Shown piece by piece: positions 25,977 to 39,803 of a DNA stretch of 64,000 bases (positions within the stretch are counted from its first letter, which is position 1; each line of letters starts with the position of its first letter). Source of the DNA: Glaucostegus cemiculus (taxonomy: Eukaryota); assembly GCA_976551045.1 (NCBI GenBank), contig CDPCPM010000037.1, positions 20,708,001 to 20,772,000 on the forward strand, in the 5' to 3' direction. The notes under the pieces were generated by a model, which worked only from the letters and a program-made list of their open reading frames with translations, was not told the DNA's origin and searched no databases. A program made the translations under genes and the position numbers.

Positions 25977-27435
25977 CTCAAACAGACCAGAAGCTCCACC
26001 AGCATCCCGTGCATCTGGATCTTTAGCTCCCTGGGTTGGAGTGGGTGTTGGTGGTTTTTGGTCCTCCTTGTTTGGTTGCTTGGGAAGCCTTTTGTTAACG
26101 GTACGGGAAACACTTTCTACTTGTGTATGGCCTGATGGAGTGGTCAAATCTGCTTTTCTGACACTTTCATCAGAGACTGGAACTCTTATTGGTTTCTCAG
26201 CTCCATTTGCTGGACTCTGGGATCTGCCACACACATTCCTGAAAAACTCCTGAACAATCCCATATCTTGATGTGTCCCCTTTTGTTTTTGCTTCATGCTG
26301 GCTTGACTTCCAAATTGAGTCAACACTTCCAGAGTTGTGCTCAACAACATTGAACAAACTGGAGAGCCCATCATTGATAGAACTAAGCACTGGACTATCC
26401 CTGGTAGTTGTTGACCTGGCCCAGGCTGACTCATTCTGTCCTCTATGAGACATGGCCCACGGACTTCGCTCCCTTGCATGATCTATTTTTGATGAGCTTC
26501 TTCGCTGCAGCTTGGGAGAGCCATACTTTGGTGAACAGCAAGGACGTTCAAATTTAGTTGGCACCTTTTCCAAAGAGGAAGAGAGTTGTTTGCTACGGGA
26601 ACTCTGGGTTGGCATTAGCAAGGAGCCTCTTGATGCCCAGGATCGGTGAAGACTGCTAGAGAGTGATCTCGGACTCTCAGTCTGCAGCCCAATGCTAATA
26701 GTCCGGGTGGTCTGAGTACCCACACTGACAACTCCAACGGTCTGGCTTGCAGTATCATTAACCTTCCTCTCCAGTGGGTTTGTGCAAATAACGTTCCTGA
26801 CACAATTGGCCACCTCCTTCATGTCATCACTCATGTTACCTGATATTTGCAGATCATGCAGGGCAGATGAAAACCCAGAAGCAGCAGTAGCAGGAACAGA
26901 AATGGGATGCTCTCCACTGCTGTTTTTCAACAGATCCTGGTGCTTGGAAAAGTTATTGAACCACGTGTTGCACACATTCTCTGATCTGAGGTCTGAATTG
27001 CCAGTTTGTTTGGGTTTCGCCATGGTGAACAGGAAACCTGGTTCAATCATAATCTTTTCTTCGTTGTTTTGAACCAAAGAACCATCCATCCTGCGGACGA
27101 CCGGTGGACTGTAGTAAATCCGAATGCCCGTTCTGTCTGGGGCTGTGTAACTCCTCTGCATTTGTTTTTTGTTGAGTTGTGGATTAACCAGATTTGCAGC
27201 CATGGTGAAGTCCCAAGATGAAATTACAGGCATTTCAGTTTTTGATTGCTTGGTGAGCTTGTCCTCTGATTTCTCATATAAGGAATCGCCATCATTAGTC
27301 GTGTGTTTCCGATTCTTTTTGTTCAACTCCTCCAGATTCTTTAAACTTTTTGGGGAGGGGCCAGTTGTGGGTGGTAAATATGGAGATGTATCCAGCAAGC
27401 TCTCAAACTCAGACATTGAAGAAACCGACTTGGCT
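25977..27435 (-). CDS. SOGA1: SOGA1/MTCL2 large coding exon K (1459 nt; AKSVSSMSEFESLLD...GASGLFE)
   Basis: 515-aa ORF with MQRSYTAPD.TGIR.YYSPPV, SGNMSDDMKE, CCSPKYGSPKLQRR, AWARSTTTRDSPVL and YGIVQEFFRNVCGR motifs; atttttag acceptor, GAG|GTAAAG donor. Confidence 0.96.
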
Positions 27436-28407
27436 CTAAAAATAATGTATTTAAAAATGAATTATTTTCCTTGTATGAAATAAAAGAATGGGCTATGCAA
27501 TGAATTATAGTGCCGACCTGACTTTATTTTTAATTTGGCAAGGCAAGTTACCAGGGGAATTCAGTGATTTACAACTGAAACACAAGTTAGATACCACATA
27601 TTGCACGGTAAGGAAAGTATCATAAGCAACCCTGCTAACTCTAAATCCCTTGTAAGGGTGGACTTTCCATGCCACTAAAGACTGGGTGTAAACGAACTGA
27701 GAGTGTATGTATGTGGAGAATAGAAACAATCACAGGGTGATGCTAACCTCATATGGTAATGGACACTACTGTAAATTACAGGGAAATCTGCTATGGTTCT
27801 TTCAATTTACTTAGCATCACTCCCACATTCATTGAAATTATTGACTCAGCATTTAGATTACACAAAGGGGGTATATTGTTATTCCTGTAGAAAGTTAAGC
27901 ATTGATAATAACTTAAGTTGTTGAAACAATAAAGCAATTCCATTGTGTAGATACAGAAACAAATTCCTCTTATGGGGGAATCCACAAGAAATACAATCTT
28001 AAAAATATTACAACTGCATCATCAGATTTTCACCCAAGAGATAGCGGAAATCTGAACTACAGTGCCTTAAGACAGTGTGGAATGTTGTGTCAATTGAAAA
28101 TTTCAAGGATTATCAGATTCTAAAGGGACATAGAACTTGGGGAATAAATGGAGTTGACCTACAGATCATCCACGAGGGACTGCATGAGCTACTTCTGTTG
28201 CTATCTCATCCATTCCTGTGTATCAGAAATTTCAAATTTTTGAGGATCAGCTCAATGCAAAGAAAATGTAAGTAAAAGTTGGTTAATTTGGACTGTGGCC
28301 AAGTATCAAACTTGGGATAAAGCACAGAAACTGCCAGGTAGTGCTGATTTTATGCTAAACTTTTCTAATTACAATTACAATCTAGTTTCTTAATCTGCAA
28401 AATTTAC

Positions 28408-28478
28408 CGTTGTAAATTAGTTCCCTTTGCTTCCAATTCATCAGAAGTTTCTTTTATGTTGTTTCTATGTTGCAGCAT
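28408..28478 (-). CDS. SOGA1: SOGA1/MTCL2 coding exon J (71 nt; MLQHRNNIKETSDELEAKGTNLQR)
   Basis: ttttttcag acceptor, CG|GTAAAT donor; the phase-2 end joins exactly to the next exon (CG+A = Arg, then AKSVSSMSEF). Confidence 0.82.
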
Positions 28479-31236
28479 CTGAAAAAATACAGACAAGTTA
28501 GAAATAATAAAGTGGCTACTTTCAGGCTCTGGTTAATCTATTTTGATTTCCTCAGAATTACATAGACTATATTTGAAGGTCACTTAGCATCTGGAAAACC
28601 CACCTGATCCCTGTGCTAGGCTGACAATAAAACCCTTGAGTACCAATGCCACAAGGCCTCTGCAGGTCTTTGATCTTCTGCTTCATTCAACTGAAACAGC
28701 AATTATTCTTCTTAGGCAATGCCTCAGGGTTGAGGATAAGTTAAATGCAGCAATTACACACAGCAGAGATTGAGTGAGGAGGAGGTGGATTTCCCCAAAT
28801 GCTGTGTAATTTTCAAACACTGTCTAAACCCATTTGGAAACAGTGCAAAGGAAATTTTCTACCATACTTTTATTTTTAAAAATCTGATTCAAAAAGGAAA
28901 GATCTGTGATATGCAGTCTTATGACCTGCAGGAATTAAGTATAACCAGGACAATGCGATTTGGTGTGGTGATGGATTAATTCCTCTTTTGATCTTAAAAC
29001 AAGTCAAAGCTTTATGTCTGCAATTAATAATCCACAATTAATGTGGCATTTTCACGTTTTTCAAGATTCAAAGTGAATCATTACAGACAAGAAATGTGAC
29101 ATTATTTTTCCCTGCCAAAAACAAGAAAATATTCTCCAGCATTTTATCTTGAGGAAATCCAACATTCTGTTCTCATCTTCTACACTGTAATCTTGTATGC
29201 TTTTAGATTCAAACTACTTCCTTTCTCTAAAGCAAAAGCACCATTGCATTTAGTGAGTTGAACATTGGATATCTGCAAGAGGACCCATTCATATTTTTCT
29301 CTCCTTTAGGCAAGAGATTTTCCTTTCAGTAGAGTTATTGCAATGCTCAATTTTCAGGCAAAGTAAAGAGAAGAAGCTCCACTTCACTGGGATCTCCTGT
29401 GCATTGCCAGAAATACAACATGATGGGACATGCCCGGACAAGGTGCAGGCTTAGCAAATCATGAATTGAAGACGGGGAATATTGCCAGTCTCCAATCTGT
29501 TAATGCTATAGGAGAAAGGACCAGGCTCCTGAGAAATTCAAAGCGCAGGAGCAGACTACAAACTGAAAATAAGACTCGGGTTTCCAATATTGCCTCCCTG
29601 ATGATCTTTAAAATCTCAAGACCATCTAATTGCCATTTTCCAGAGCAGCTGAAGGGAACAATTCCAATAGCCAAGAACAACAGGTGCATTGCTGTTCGCA
29701 ACCCTTTTGCACTGTGTGTCTATTCACATGCACTCCCATTAAAATAGGACACTGAGCAAGTCTTTCCACAGAGTAGGAAGGTTTTGTTTATGCTGTGGCA
29801 AAATACATCAGGTCTTAGTATGGCACTGACACAAATTCACTCTACATGCACAAAGACCTGATAGGGAAATTAGAATGGGCAAATAAGGCTGATTTTTGTT
29901 TTTGTATTGACACACTGACACCCATGGCATTGCTCCTGTCGACAAGCAAAATGGCTGAGAGTCACCTTGGCCCTTTATATATTAAATAATTATTCATAAG
30001 TTTGCTACACGATATTGAAATAAGTATAATGATATTAGTTCATCCATTTTGTGGTGTGAGTTCTGACAGTTTGATATAACATGGTGCTGTCTCTTTGTGA
30101 TTTGTCTCAGACAGTGAAATTTAATCTATCACTTGCAATTAATTCCTTGTTAATTCATTGTCTGACTGTAGGATCTTGCCTGGTATTTTAGTGGCCTTGG
30201 TCTTCACCTCAGCAGTAGATGCAATGATTTGGATGCCAAATTTTCACCATACAGAACATTTGAGTGGTCCCTCCTTGTGTCACCAAAATATGTTCTTAAA
30301 AAGGTGGTGAGCAGTATCTAAGTGTGCCTTCCAGCAGCACTCCTGCTTTTTCCTAAGCAATGTATACATGTTCTATTATTCAGTAAACTCGCTGCATCAG
30401 CATTTGCCTGGATGTTGTGGTAATACTTACATTTAGCAGTATCCTAATTGCAGTTAAATATTAGAATAACTACACTCGCAATTTAGTACTGCTTGTCCCA
30501 TCAAAACCACTAACTCCCCAGAGAACGGAGTTTAGTGATGCTAACAGTGTGGAGAATACTAAATGGGATTGTTTATAACCTAGGGGCTTGGGACAGCTTT
30601 ACACTATGGTAGTGCCTTCCTAAAGCAAGTGCATTCCATTTTAAAAAAAAAATAAATTCATTAACTTTAGGAGACAGAATCTTGCAGTCAGCAGTGTCTT
30701 TTTTGGTTTGTTCCCTTTGTACGATTTTGCAAATGGATAGACTTTGCAAATTTGTGCTCCACTGTCAGGAGTGCAAATTTGCAAAGTCCATTCATAAACA
30801 GCTGCATAAATATTAAAAACTAAATTTAAATCTACAATAAGAAAATTTCTGGCCTGTCATTACCATAAAATTAGTGAATACTCATTATCTACTGGATACA
30901 TCTCACCCCCCCACAGCCAATAGCTCAACTATTGCAATACACGGCATTCCTAGTGTGGCAGGGAAATGGGAATTCGCATTCTTTGCTCTGCTGTGCCACA
31001 CACCGATATTCAGGCAGGTAGGTTTACACATGGTGGGAAATCAGAGAAGCCTGGCAAAAAGCAGGGATCTTGAGTTTCCTAGTGATGCTGCTGTCAGAGC
31101 CAGCAACCCCGTATATATTTTAGGGGCCACAGCACTGGAACCTCAGTTTCATTCTGAAAATTATACCAGAGATCCAGAAATACTTTGAGAGCAATAAGAA
31201 GATTTTTAAGTCATGAAGAAACTCTTTCGTACTTAC

Positions 31237-31488
31237 CTGATTGATCTTGTGTTGCATTTCCTTCAGACGTTGCTCACTGTGGCTCCGTTCATTGTTAAAT
31301 CGATCCAGTAACTCTAACTTTTCTTGACTCCAGTTCTTCTCACTGATTTGAAGCTGCTGTGTTAGATCCATTACTGCACTGTAGGACTCTGCGAGTAGCT
31401 GCTGATGTTCTTCCCTCTCCCACTTCAAGGCAGTCTTCAGATCACCAGGAGCTTTCTCAGAAGCCAGTTTCCCAGCCCTACCTTCCAG
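31237..31488 (-). CDS. SOGA1: SOGA1/MTCL2 coding exon H (252 nt; LEGRAGK...EREEHQQLLAESYSAVMDLTQQLQISEKNWSQEK...KINQ)
   Basis: aaaacag acceptor, CAG|GTAAGT donor; LLAESYSAVM.LT.QLQISE.NWSQEK motif. Confidence 0.94.
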
Positions 31489-31919
31489 CTGTTTTGGGAC
31501 AGTTAAACATTCAGTTCCTTACTCTGAATCCCCAGCAATTTTGCAATTACTTTTAAAGCCTCCTGATTCTAACCCTTAACAGTGCAATGACATGTAAAAG
31601 ACTTGGTTCTTGCGATTTGATGGAAGACGTTACATCCCTGGTGATTTCCACTGTTTTTCCTGTACTTCTGGCACTTACATAAAATGTATGACAAAAACAC
31701 ATTCCTCACTTTACTTTTTAAAATAACCTTTGGTTTACTGATTTTATAAAATAAACCCGTGTACTTCAAACACTTTCTGGAATGTAGATAATTCCCACTT
31801 GTCTGATTATACAGGAGTAAACTCTGGAGTCTTCTTACTAGAAGCAAGGAATTGCAATAGAGAGGAACCACTATAACACCATTGCTCTGGTTCTTTCTGC
31901 CACGGTTATTCAACTTAAA

Positions 31920-32140
31920 CATTCTCTCTGTGATCTGCATTGGTTTCCTCTGGGTGCTCGGTTTCCTTCCACATCCAAAAGATGTGCAAACTGATAGGTG
32001 ATTGGCCACTGTAATCACCTCTCGTGTGTAGGTGAGTGGTAGAATCCAATGGAGAGTTGATGGAAACGTGGAGAGACTTAAATAGGATTAGTGTAAGTGG
32101 GTGCTTAATGGTCAGCACAGTCTGTTTCTGTGCTGTATGC
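31920..32140 (+). mobile_element. Partial tRNA-derived SINE
   Basis: ggtttcctctgggtgctcggtttccttccacatccaaaagatgtgc core. Confidence 0.7.
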
Positions 32141-33239
32141 CTCGAAAACAAGTACAGCTTCCCTGATAAAAATGAATTCCAGGATTAGATTTTTGGGTCA
32201 CCATGTCCTAGAGACAGTAAAATTTTTTAACCTTCAGTGCACAACTCCCTGTATTTGGAGTGGGGCCTGTGATATGTAAACCTGCTTCATTATCCACTGA
32301 CAGCAGGATATCATCTGACTTCAAGAATATTACCATGATAGCAAATTAAAATAAATGGATAACTTCATAAAAGATTATATGGAGAATGACTGAAATCTGC
32401 TATCAACATTTTCAGAACAAAACTGAGGTATCTCCTCACTCATCCGAGTAGTTTTCTACAATGTCCCTATCACAAACTCTCAGCTGATGTGGTGAGCACA
32501 GAGGCCAGGAAGATTTTCTACACCCACAATGACACAAACCCAAATTTAACTGAAAGAATGCATCTCATTTCCATGCCTCATTCTGCTTCATTGTTTAGAC
32601 TCAAGATTTTTATCTCTGAGAAGCTGCTCCTGAGAGACTGCAATCTTTATCCATTTCTAACCATGAGCAAGTCTTGGATGACATCTGTTTTCTTCTGACT
32701 CAGGCTTTATTACACCAAATATCCCCAGTGAGGTCATCCAAGAAATGGTATGGTTCTAAATCTTAACCCTGAAATACAGGAAGACAGCCTAAAGAACAGA
32801 CAGATGTGTGGTGTCTTACATGACCTCAGGACATCCCAAATTCCTTTACATGCAATGAAACATATTTAATGTGTGGTCACCATGATCATCTTCTTAGGCA
32901 ATCCCTCAGGAATGAAGATGACTCACTTCCACTCTGGATCTATGTGCCCTGAAAGGACTGACTGTACACTAATGCATCACTTCATTGTGCTCCCAATGTA
33001 TGGATTCAAGGGTTCTCGATATCATCCTGAATATTCCTCCTCCACTTTCAGAGATCATGGGCCAGGGATTTCCAAAAGTCAGTGGGGGAGGCTTTGAACA
33101 CAGCCTCGAATCTTTTTCTTTGCCTTCCTTGTAATCTCTTTCCAGAACAAAGCCTGGAATATAATGTCTGTTTCAGGAGTCATGAAAGTTAATTTGCTTA
33201 TAAATAAGCTTTAAAGAAGAACAGTGCAATAAGGAGTAG

Positions 33240-33510
33240 TTAATTTCCTTTTACTGATGTATACTGAGGATTAAATTTTGGCCAGTATTACCAGAAATAC
33301 CTCCTTTTCTCTTCTTTACAACAGTGAGATGGAATCTTTCAAGATCAGAGATAGCTGATGTGTCTGTATTTAAGATCTCATTTGAAAGATGGCAACACTG
33401 ATAGAACTTCCTCAACCCTGCTCTGAGGTATTGATCTAGATCTGTGCTATCAGGACTTGAACCTTGAATCTTCAAAGGCGAGAACGCTACCTATTGATTT
33501 ATAGGCTGAT
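33240..33510 (-). mobile_element. DeuSINE (SacSINE1/AmnSINE-like) fossil
   Basis: ggccag...tctcatttgaaagatggca...ggacttgaacc...ggcgaga.cgcta pattern of the Deu domain plus tRNA head (recalled consensus). Confidence 0.6.
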
Positions 33511-33899
33511 ACCTACAAACCATATCATATTAACTATCTTGTATCACATTTCAGATTGATATGTTCTTGGCAGTTGTGGAGTAAAGGTGAAAATGCCAAC
33601 AGTCTGTGATGATTTTGGATATATGAAAAATAGACAATTTTAGAGCTGAATGGAGATGCAAGCATGTGACTGTTTACAGATTATTTAACTTAAAATAACT
33701 TGAATACAGCAGTCTGATTTGATACTTGTACCCTACCAATCAAATAATCTTTATTTCAAAGGCTGCAAGCATTACAGACTAACAATTGCATCACATTTAG
33801 ACCAAGAAAGGCCCAATATGAATGCAAACTTAATTCTCCATTTACTTCTGGCATCAGAATCTTGATGTTATAAAATTTCTCACAGGTGAGTAATGATAA

Positions 33900-35790
33900 A
33901 AAAGGTCGAGTAACCTGCTGGAACTCAATGATTTCAAATCAAATTGTTCCAGTCCATTTACAACACTGACAACTGCCTGGCAATGTGGAAAATTAGCTAG
34001 CTATCTCCTTTTCACAAAAGGGTCAAATCCAATCCAGCTCTTTATGGTCCAATCACTCTATACTCAAGTATGAGCAGACTGATGCTCCCGAAGATGGATC
34101 AAAGAGCTGAATCTCAGGGGTGAAGTGAGAGTGGCTGTCTTAACATCAAGGAAGGATTTGACAGAATGTGGTGACATAGATCCCTAATGAGAAAGGGCAT
34201 CAAGAGAAAACACTCCAGTCATATCTCAGACAAAGTAAGATGGTTGTCGTTAGAGGTCAATTATTCCAGCCACAAGCTATCAATGAGGGAGTTCCTCAGA
34301 GCACTGTCCTGAACACAACTATCCTCAGCTGACTTTCCTGTCATCATAAGGCCAGAAGTGGGAACATTCACTGTTGAGGGACAAAAACCAAGGTGAATGG
34401 TCTTAGTCTTTTTCCCAAGGAGTCTAAACTAGAGGGATAGGTTTAAGGTGAGAGGGGAAAGATTTAAAAGGGACCTGAGAGGCAACTTTTTCCACACAGG
34501 GGCTGGTGGGTAACTGGAACAAGCTGCCAGAAGAAGCTGCAGAAGCAGGTTCAGTTACAAAATTTAAAAGAAATTTAGAGAGATAAGGCTGAGAAAGATT
34601 TAGAGAAATATGGGCCAAATACAGGGAAATGGGATTAATTTAGATAGACATCATGGCTGGCATGGATGAGTTGGGCCAAAGGGCCTGTTTTTTTTGCTGC
34701 AAAATGTTCAATTCTATTCCAGACTCTCAGAAGATGAAGCATCTATGCCTGCAAATTTAGATAACATTCAGGAGTAAACTGATATGTGTTAAGAAACATA
34801 AGTGCTGCTGAATTCCCTTCTCACACCCCTCCTACCACCTCTTTACACTCTTGCCATCCGGAAGAAGGCTCCAGTGCATCCAGGCAAGGACAACCAAACT
34901 GTGCAATAGCTTCTTCCCACAAGCTATCAGAACTGTGAACTCCCTCATCTCTCCTGCCAACACCAAAGGATGCTAGGCATACAGAAATGCACCAGCACTT
35001 TAAATGTCCGTTGTCAGTATGCTCACCTTAAGATTGTTTATTTAAGTCGCTATTTAATTTTGTAGTTCTAATGTTTTTAGTATCTTTCTGTCTCTCATTG
35101 TTTGTTTCTTTTTTTTTAATGTGACGTGCAGCTTAACCTGTGGAGTACGGTATTTCGCTCCTATGCATACTGAATGTGTATATAGTAGCGACAATAAAAA
35201 CTGATTCTGATTCAGTGACCATCTCCAACAAGAGAGAATCTAATCACCTACTCTTAGCATTCAATAGCATTATCATTGCTGAGTCCTGCACCAAGAGCAC
35301 CCCAAGGGTCATCATTGACCAGAAACTCAACTGGACTAGCCACATTAGATAACATGGCTACAAGAACAGATCAGAGGCTGTGTATCCTGTGGTTAGTGAC
35401 TCAACTCCTGGCACAGCATCTACAGGTATGAGTCAAGAGCATGATGAAATGTCTGCCAGTTGACCAGATCTAGCAATACTCGGAAGCTGGCAAAGCAGCC
35501 CTGTTGGTTGGTATCCCCCTCCATCATCCTAATCATTCATTCCCTTATCAGTGCACATTGGCTGCAGTGTGCACTACTCCGACTGCACTCATGCAGCAGG
35601 CAGATAGGAACACCACTCATTTGCAGTTTCTCCTCCACGTAGCTGTTGCTGGATCTACATCTTGGAACTTCCTTCCCAACCACATTGTGGGAATACCTTC
35701 ACCAGAAAGCTTACAGTGGTTCAGAGTGGCAGTTCACCATCACCTTCTCAAGAACAATTATAGGGAATGGGAATAAATGCCAGCATAGCC
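33900..35790 (+). mobile_element. Degenerate CR1-clade LINE carrying nested CR1 3' end (~34380-34690) and Rex1-like 3' end (~34800-35213)
   Basis: gagttcctcag RT-region remnant, IIDQKLNWTSHI peptide, tail ttatagggaatgggaataaatgc; the inserts have their own tails (aagggcctgtttt; acaataaaaactgattctgattc). Confidence 0.7.
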
Positions 35791-38700
35791 CACATCCCAA
35801 AAAACTATTGCCTAGAGTCTTGACTGAATCTATACAGATTAGTTCCATTGCAGTACATAATTTTACACCTAATGCAAACCCAATTAATAAGCTAAACACA
35901 GAGTTTTTACATGATCAAAATATAATATTAATGCCCTAGGTCAACTCAAACACATTCAAAATTGAAGCTACACCAATACAAAACAATAAAAGGAATTAAT
36001 CATTTTCATAATGATGCAGTTGTACATCACTTAGATGCCATGACAGCTGAAATTGATCTTACCTTCAGTACCATTAAATTAGTGTGGATAATGAGGCCAG
36101 ATTTTGGTGTCATGTGACACTGAGGCATGTGGGATTCATTGTTAATTTGCATCAAATGCAACTCTGGGCAAATCTATTGGAGATTTTGAAAAGTTGATGT
36201 CTAAGATCCGCCACACTGTTGCTTGCCTCCTAATTGAAGCACAACATATGTTTTTTTATTTCAAAAATAAACTTTATTAATAATAAAAACTTGATGTATT
36301 TGTGCAATATGGAAACTAATTACAATCAGAGAAGGTAAGTCTTGTCTATCTGTGTCTAAGTCCCCTTTTAACTAGTTAGTGGGGATTCTTCTAATCATTA
36401 TCACGTTACCACTATAGCAATTCATTCAGGTTTTAATTTTATGGAGAGCTTAGGAATGATATCCTTTGGTTTTTTTCAATTTCCTTATTCTCTCAATCCA
36501 CACTTTATTTCCCTCTCTAATTCCTCCTCCTCCATATCTGGCATAGAATAAACTGTTCTATTTTACATTTCCTTCTGAACTTTTGTGCTGTTGATTTGAC
36601 AATCCTTTAACCTGAGCAGCTGAGGAACTGCATAGTTACTTGGCCTGTTCACTCTGGTAGAAAATGCAGTGTTTTCTTTGCTGTTCTGTTAGCAGTTTAC
36701 ACAGAAAACTGGCACAACAAAAATTAAAACTGCAAGGTCAAGACTAGCTAACCTGTAAGTGCTGTTAGATGCCCTGCAGCATCATAAAAGACATAATGTA
36801 GAATAGATAATTTGAATTAGTGCTTCCAGCACTGACATTTACTATATGGAATTTGATAATGGAAAGAGAACAGTGGCAAGTTCTAATATACAAGACTTGC
36901 GTTTTTTTTTTAAATTTCTAACCAGTTTCTGGTTGAAAATTCCCAAATGGATTGCATTTCTGCAAAAAAGTGAATAATCTGTCTTAAGGGATAGATTTCT
37001 CACAAGGTTTGCCAGACAATGCATGGCATATAAATTTCCATCTGAATCACAGCATTTCCATTCCCAGAGCTGTTACATGCAGCTGTGCCTCTGGGTCAGC
37101 CTAATGAAGGAAGCTGGGGTCTACTGAACTAAACCCTTGTAATAGTATGGTTTAGTCATATCAGCCAACATGTGTACGTCACTTTGTAAATCAGTGCAGC
37201 TATTAGTAGGAAAGTGAATAAGGGAGATGATTCCATAAGCAATGATGCCAGAAAAATCCACCATTTCACTTAAAGTCAGTAGTTTAAATTGATACACAAG
37301 TCCTTTGTAACTTTAGATTTAAACTTGCAACAAAATCACAGCACTCTATAAATATGATATTGTTAGAATTATTATATAGATATTATTTAAGCTCTCCCAT
37401 CACTTTGTTATGGTTTGGCCAGTTAGATTGCTGCATGTTAAGCTTCAGCAAGAAAAGTGAAACAAGATTTTTCTGTTTAAAAACTGTAAAATGACACAAA
37501 AGGGAGGTCACATTAAGTTGGCACAAACAATACTTTAGGCAAAGGCAGCTGCCTGGCTAAGCATGGACATCCAAAACACTGCTGCCCAACTTTTGCCACT
37601 CTGGCTTTAATAAAAATGACTTATCTTACTGCCAAATACCTGAACAATGTGAAGCTGCCACAACTTACTGGTCGATATAAACTAAACTCCCTCTTAATGA
37701 AGTGATTAACTGTTGGTTACTTCTAAATTAAACTACCTAGCTCTAGAAACTAGTTATTATGAAATGTGGGGAGCCATTTGTTCAGGTGTTAATTGTTGGT
37801 GAAGCATTTAAGCATGTCAAATATAAAATGGAGCAAAAACAAACTGCTGGAGGAACTCAGTGGGTCAGGCAGCATCTGAGAAGCAAAGGGATTGTTGATG
37901 TTTCGGGTCAAGATCCTGCATCAGGACCCGTGCCTATCCTTCTGCCTCCACAGATGCTGCCTGACCCGCTGAGATTCTCCAGCAGTTTTTGCTCCAGATT
38001 CCAGCATCTGCAATCTCATTTCTCAAATATAAAATGGAAATTATCTTTAAACTTGTCCTTTGTTTCTTATGCTCTTTCTTTCTGAATCTGCTCTTTCCTT
38101 TTCTTTATTTCTCTTCACATTCTTGATTTGTCATTGAATTCAACCATTCTAATCAACACCATCTTTGTGGGTCTTTGGGCTGTTTATTTTGCAGTCCTTC
38201 AATCTGATTGCTAAGTGCATCCATAGTTATTAGCTGCGATCACACAGGTCTCAGTTGACTCACACCTCTGTGTCACTATAGCTTGTACTTTCAGCAAATT
38301 GCCAAATAATAACTTAAAAGTTCCAAACATGGCAAATCTAACTCATTGGAAACACCATTGCCTTTCCATAGCAAAGCCATTGAATCAGTATCATTGTGAT
38401 GTAACAGCAGCATGATAATATTCACAATTTATTTTTCTAAATGGTTCACAGAACTAGCAGAAGACTTTATTAAATTACACTTTAAAGTGAGTGTCAATTA
38501 TTAACAGTTTTATCCAATTTCACATTTTTCATTTGCAATGTGATTTTAAGTTATATATTCATTAACCTTATAAAACTACATTAATATTCTCTCTAAACTG
38601 GTTAATCTAGCATGATTTAGTTGCAAGTCAGTATCTTTTTTGGTTGTTTATAAATTCTCAATTTAGCAGATTTTGCCTACATTGAAAAGTAGGAATTCCT

Positions 38701-39803
38701 TGCTCTTGAAGTGCTTTGGGATGCTCTGAGGATATGATGAGTCATTTGTAGATTCAGAAATTCCTTCCAGAAATAATTTCTGGCATTGTTAGTATACAGT
38801 GTTTAATAGCATCGTGCAACATTTGTCTACTTGCTACTTAAGGGAGAGTGGAAAGTTTTACAAATGCACTGTATATTCACCCACTGAAATCACCATGTCA
38901 TTTTTAACTAAAGATATCCTTAGAAAGTCACTGAAAGGAATTAGTCAAAAAACATTTTAAAGAAGTACTGATTTGGGTTTGAAGAATGAGCCCAAAATAT
39001 ACAATTAAAATATAATTATAGAACAAAATAAAAGTGTGATAGTTGACTTACTGAAGTAATAATTTAGAGGACACATTTGAACACAACCACACTAGTGAAA
39101 TAGTTATTTAGGGAAGTAAATCTGTAAATTTTACTCTATCACATACATAAGTAATAAGTGACTATCATTAAGTGATCGCCCAACTAAAAATATTAAGCCA
39201 GGACAACTAGATGTGCAGTAGAGGGGCCAGTGACATTTACTTTGAGAATCAAGGAGCAAAAATGATGGACAGCAAATAAGAGATATATAAAAAAATGACT
39301 TGAGACTCATTTATCAAAGTGGAAACGACTGCTTACACTAAAACAGTATCTCAGATCCACTGAGAAGAATGTTTCTTCTGTATTCCTTTTCTGCAGTCAG
39401 GAAAAAGTGCAGACCGGACCATTATGCAGGTTGCACCTTGAGATTAGGAAGTGATGTAAGTAAGAATTATATCAGGTTTTATGCTTAAGCCATATTTTCA
39501 CATAGAAGTGTCAAAAGAGATATAATGGCCTCTATGTGACTGAAGATTTATTTCTACTCTAAAGCCTTGCGATTCGAACATCTAGTATCAGTAATCATAT
39601 CTGCCAGTACTATGGACTAGTGTCTTTTCCAATTATAATTACAACTAGTCAAATGTGAAATACTGCATAGGAATGACTCAACATCCAGTGGGTAATTTTC
39701 AAAGCTCACGGTAACAGTGGGCAAGCTTGTCCACTAGCTGTGCATCCCAGGACACCCAACTCTTACAAAGCACATTTACCGATTACTCTCTGTTGAAGGG
39801 TAC

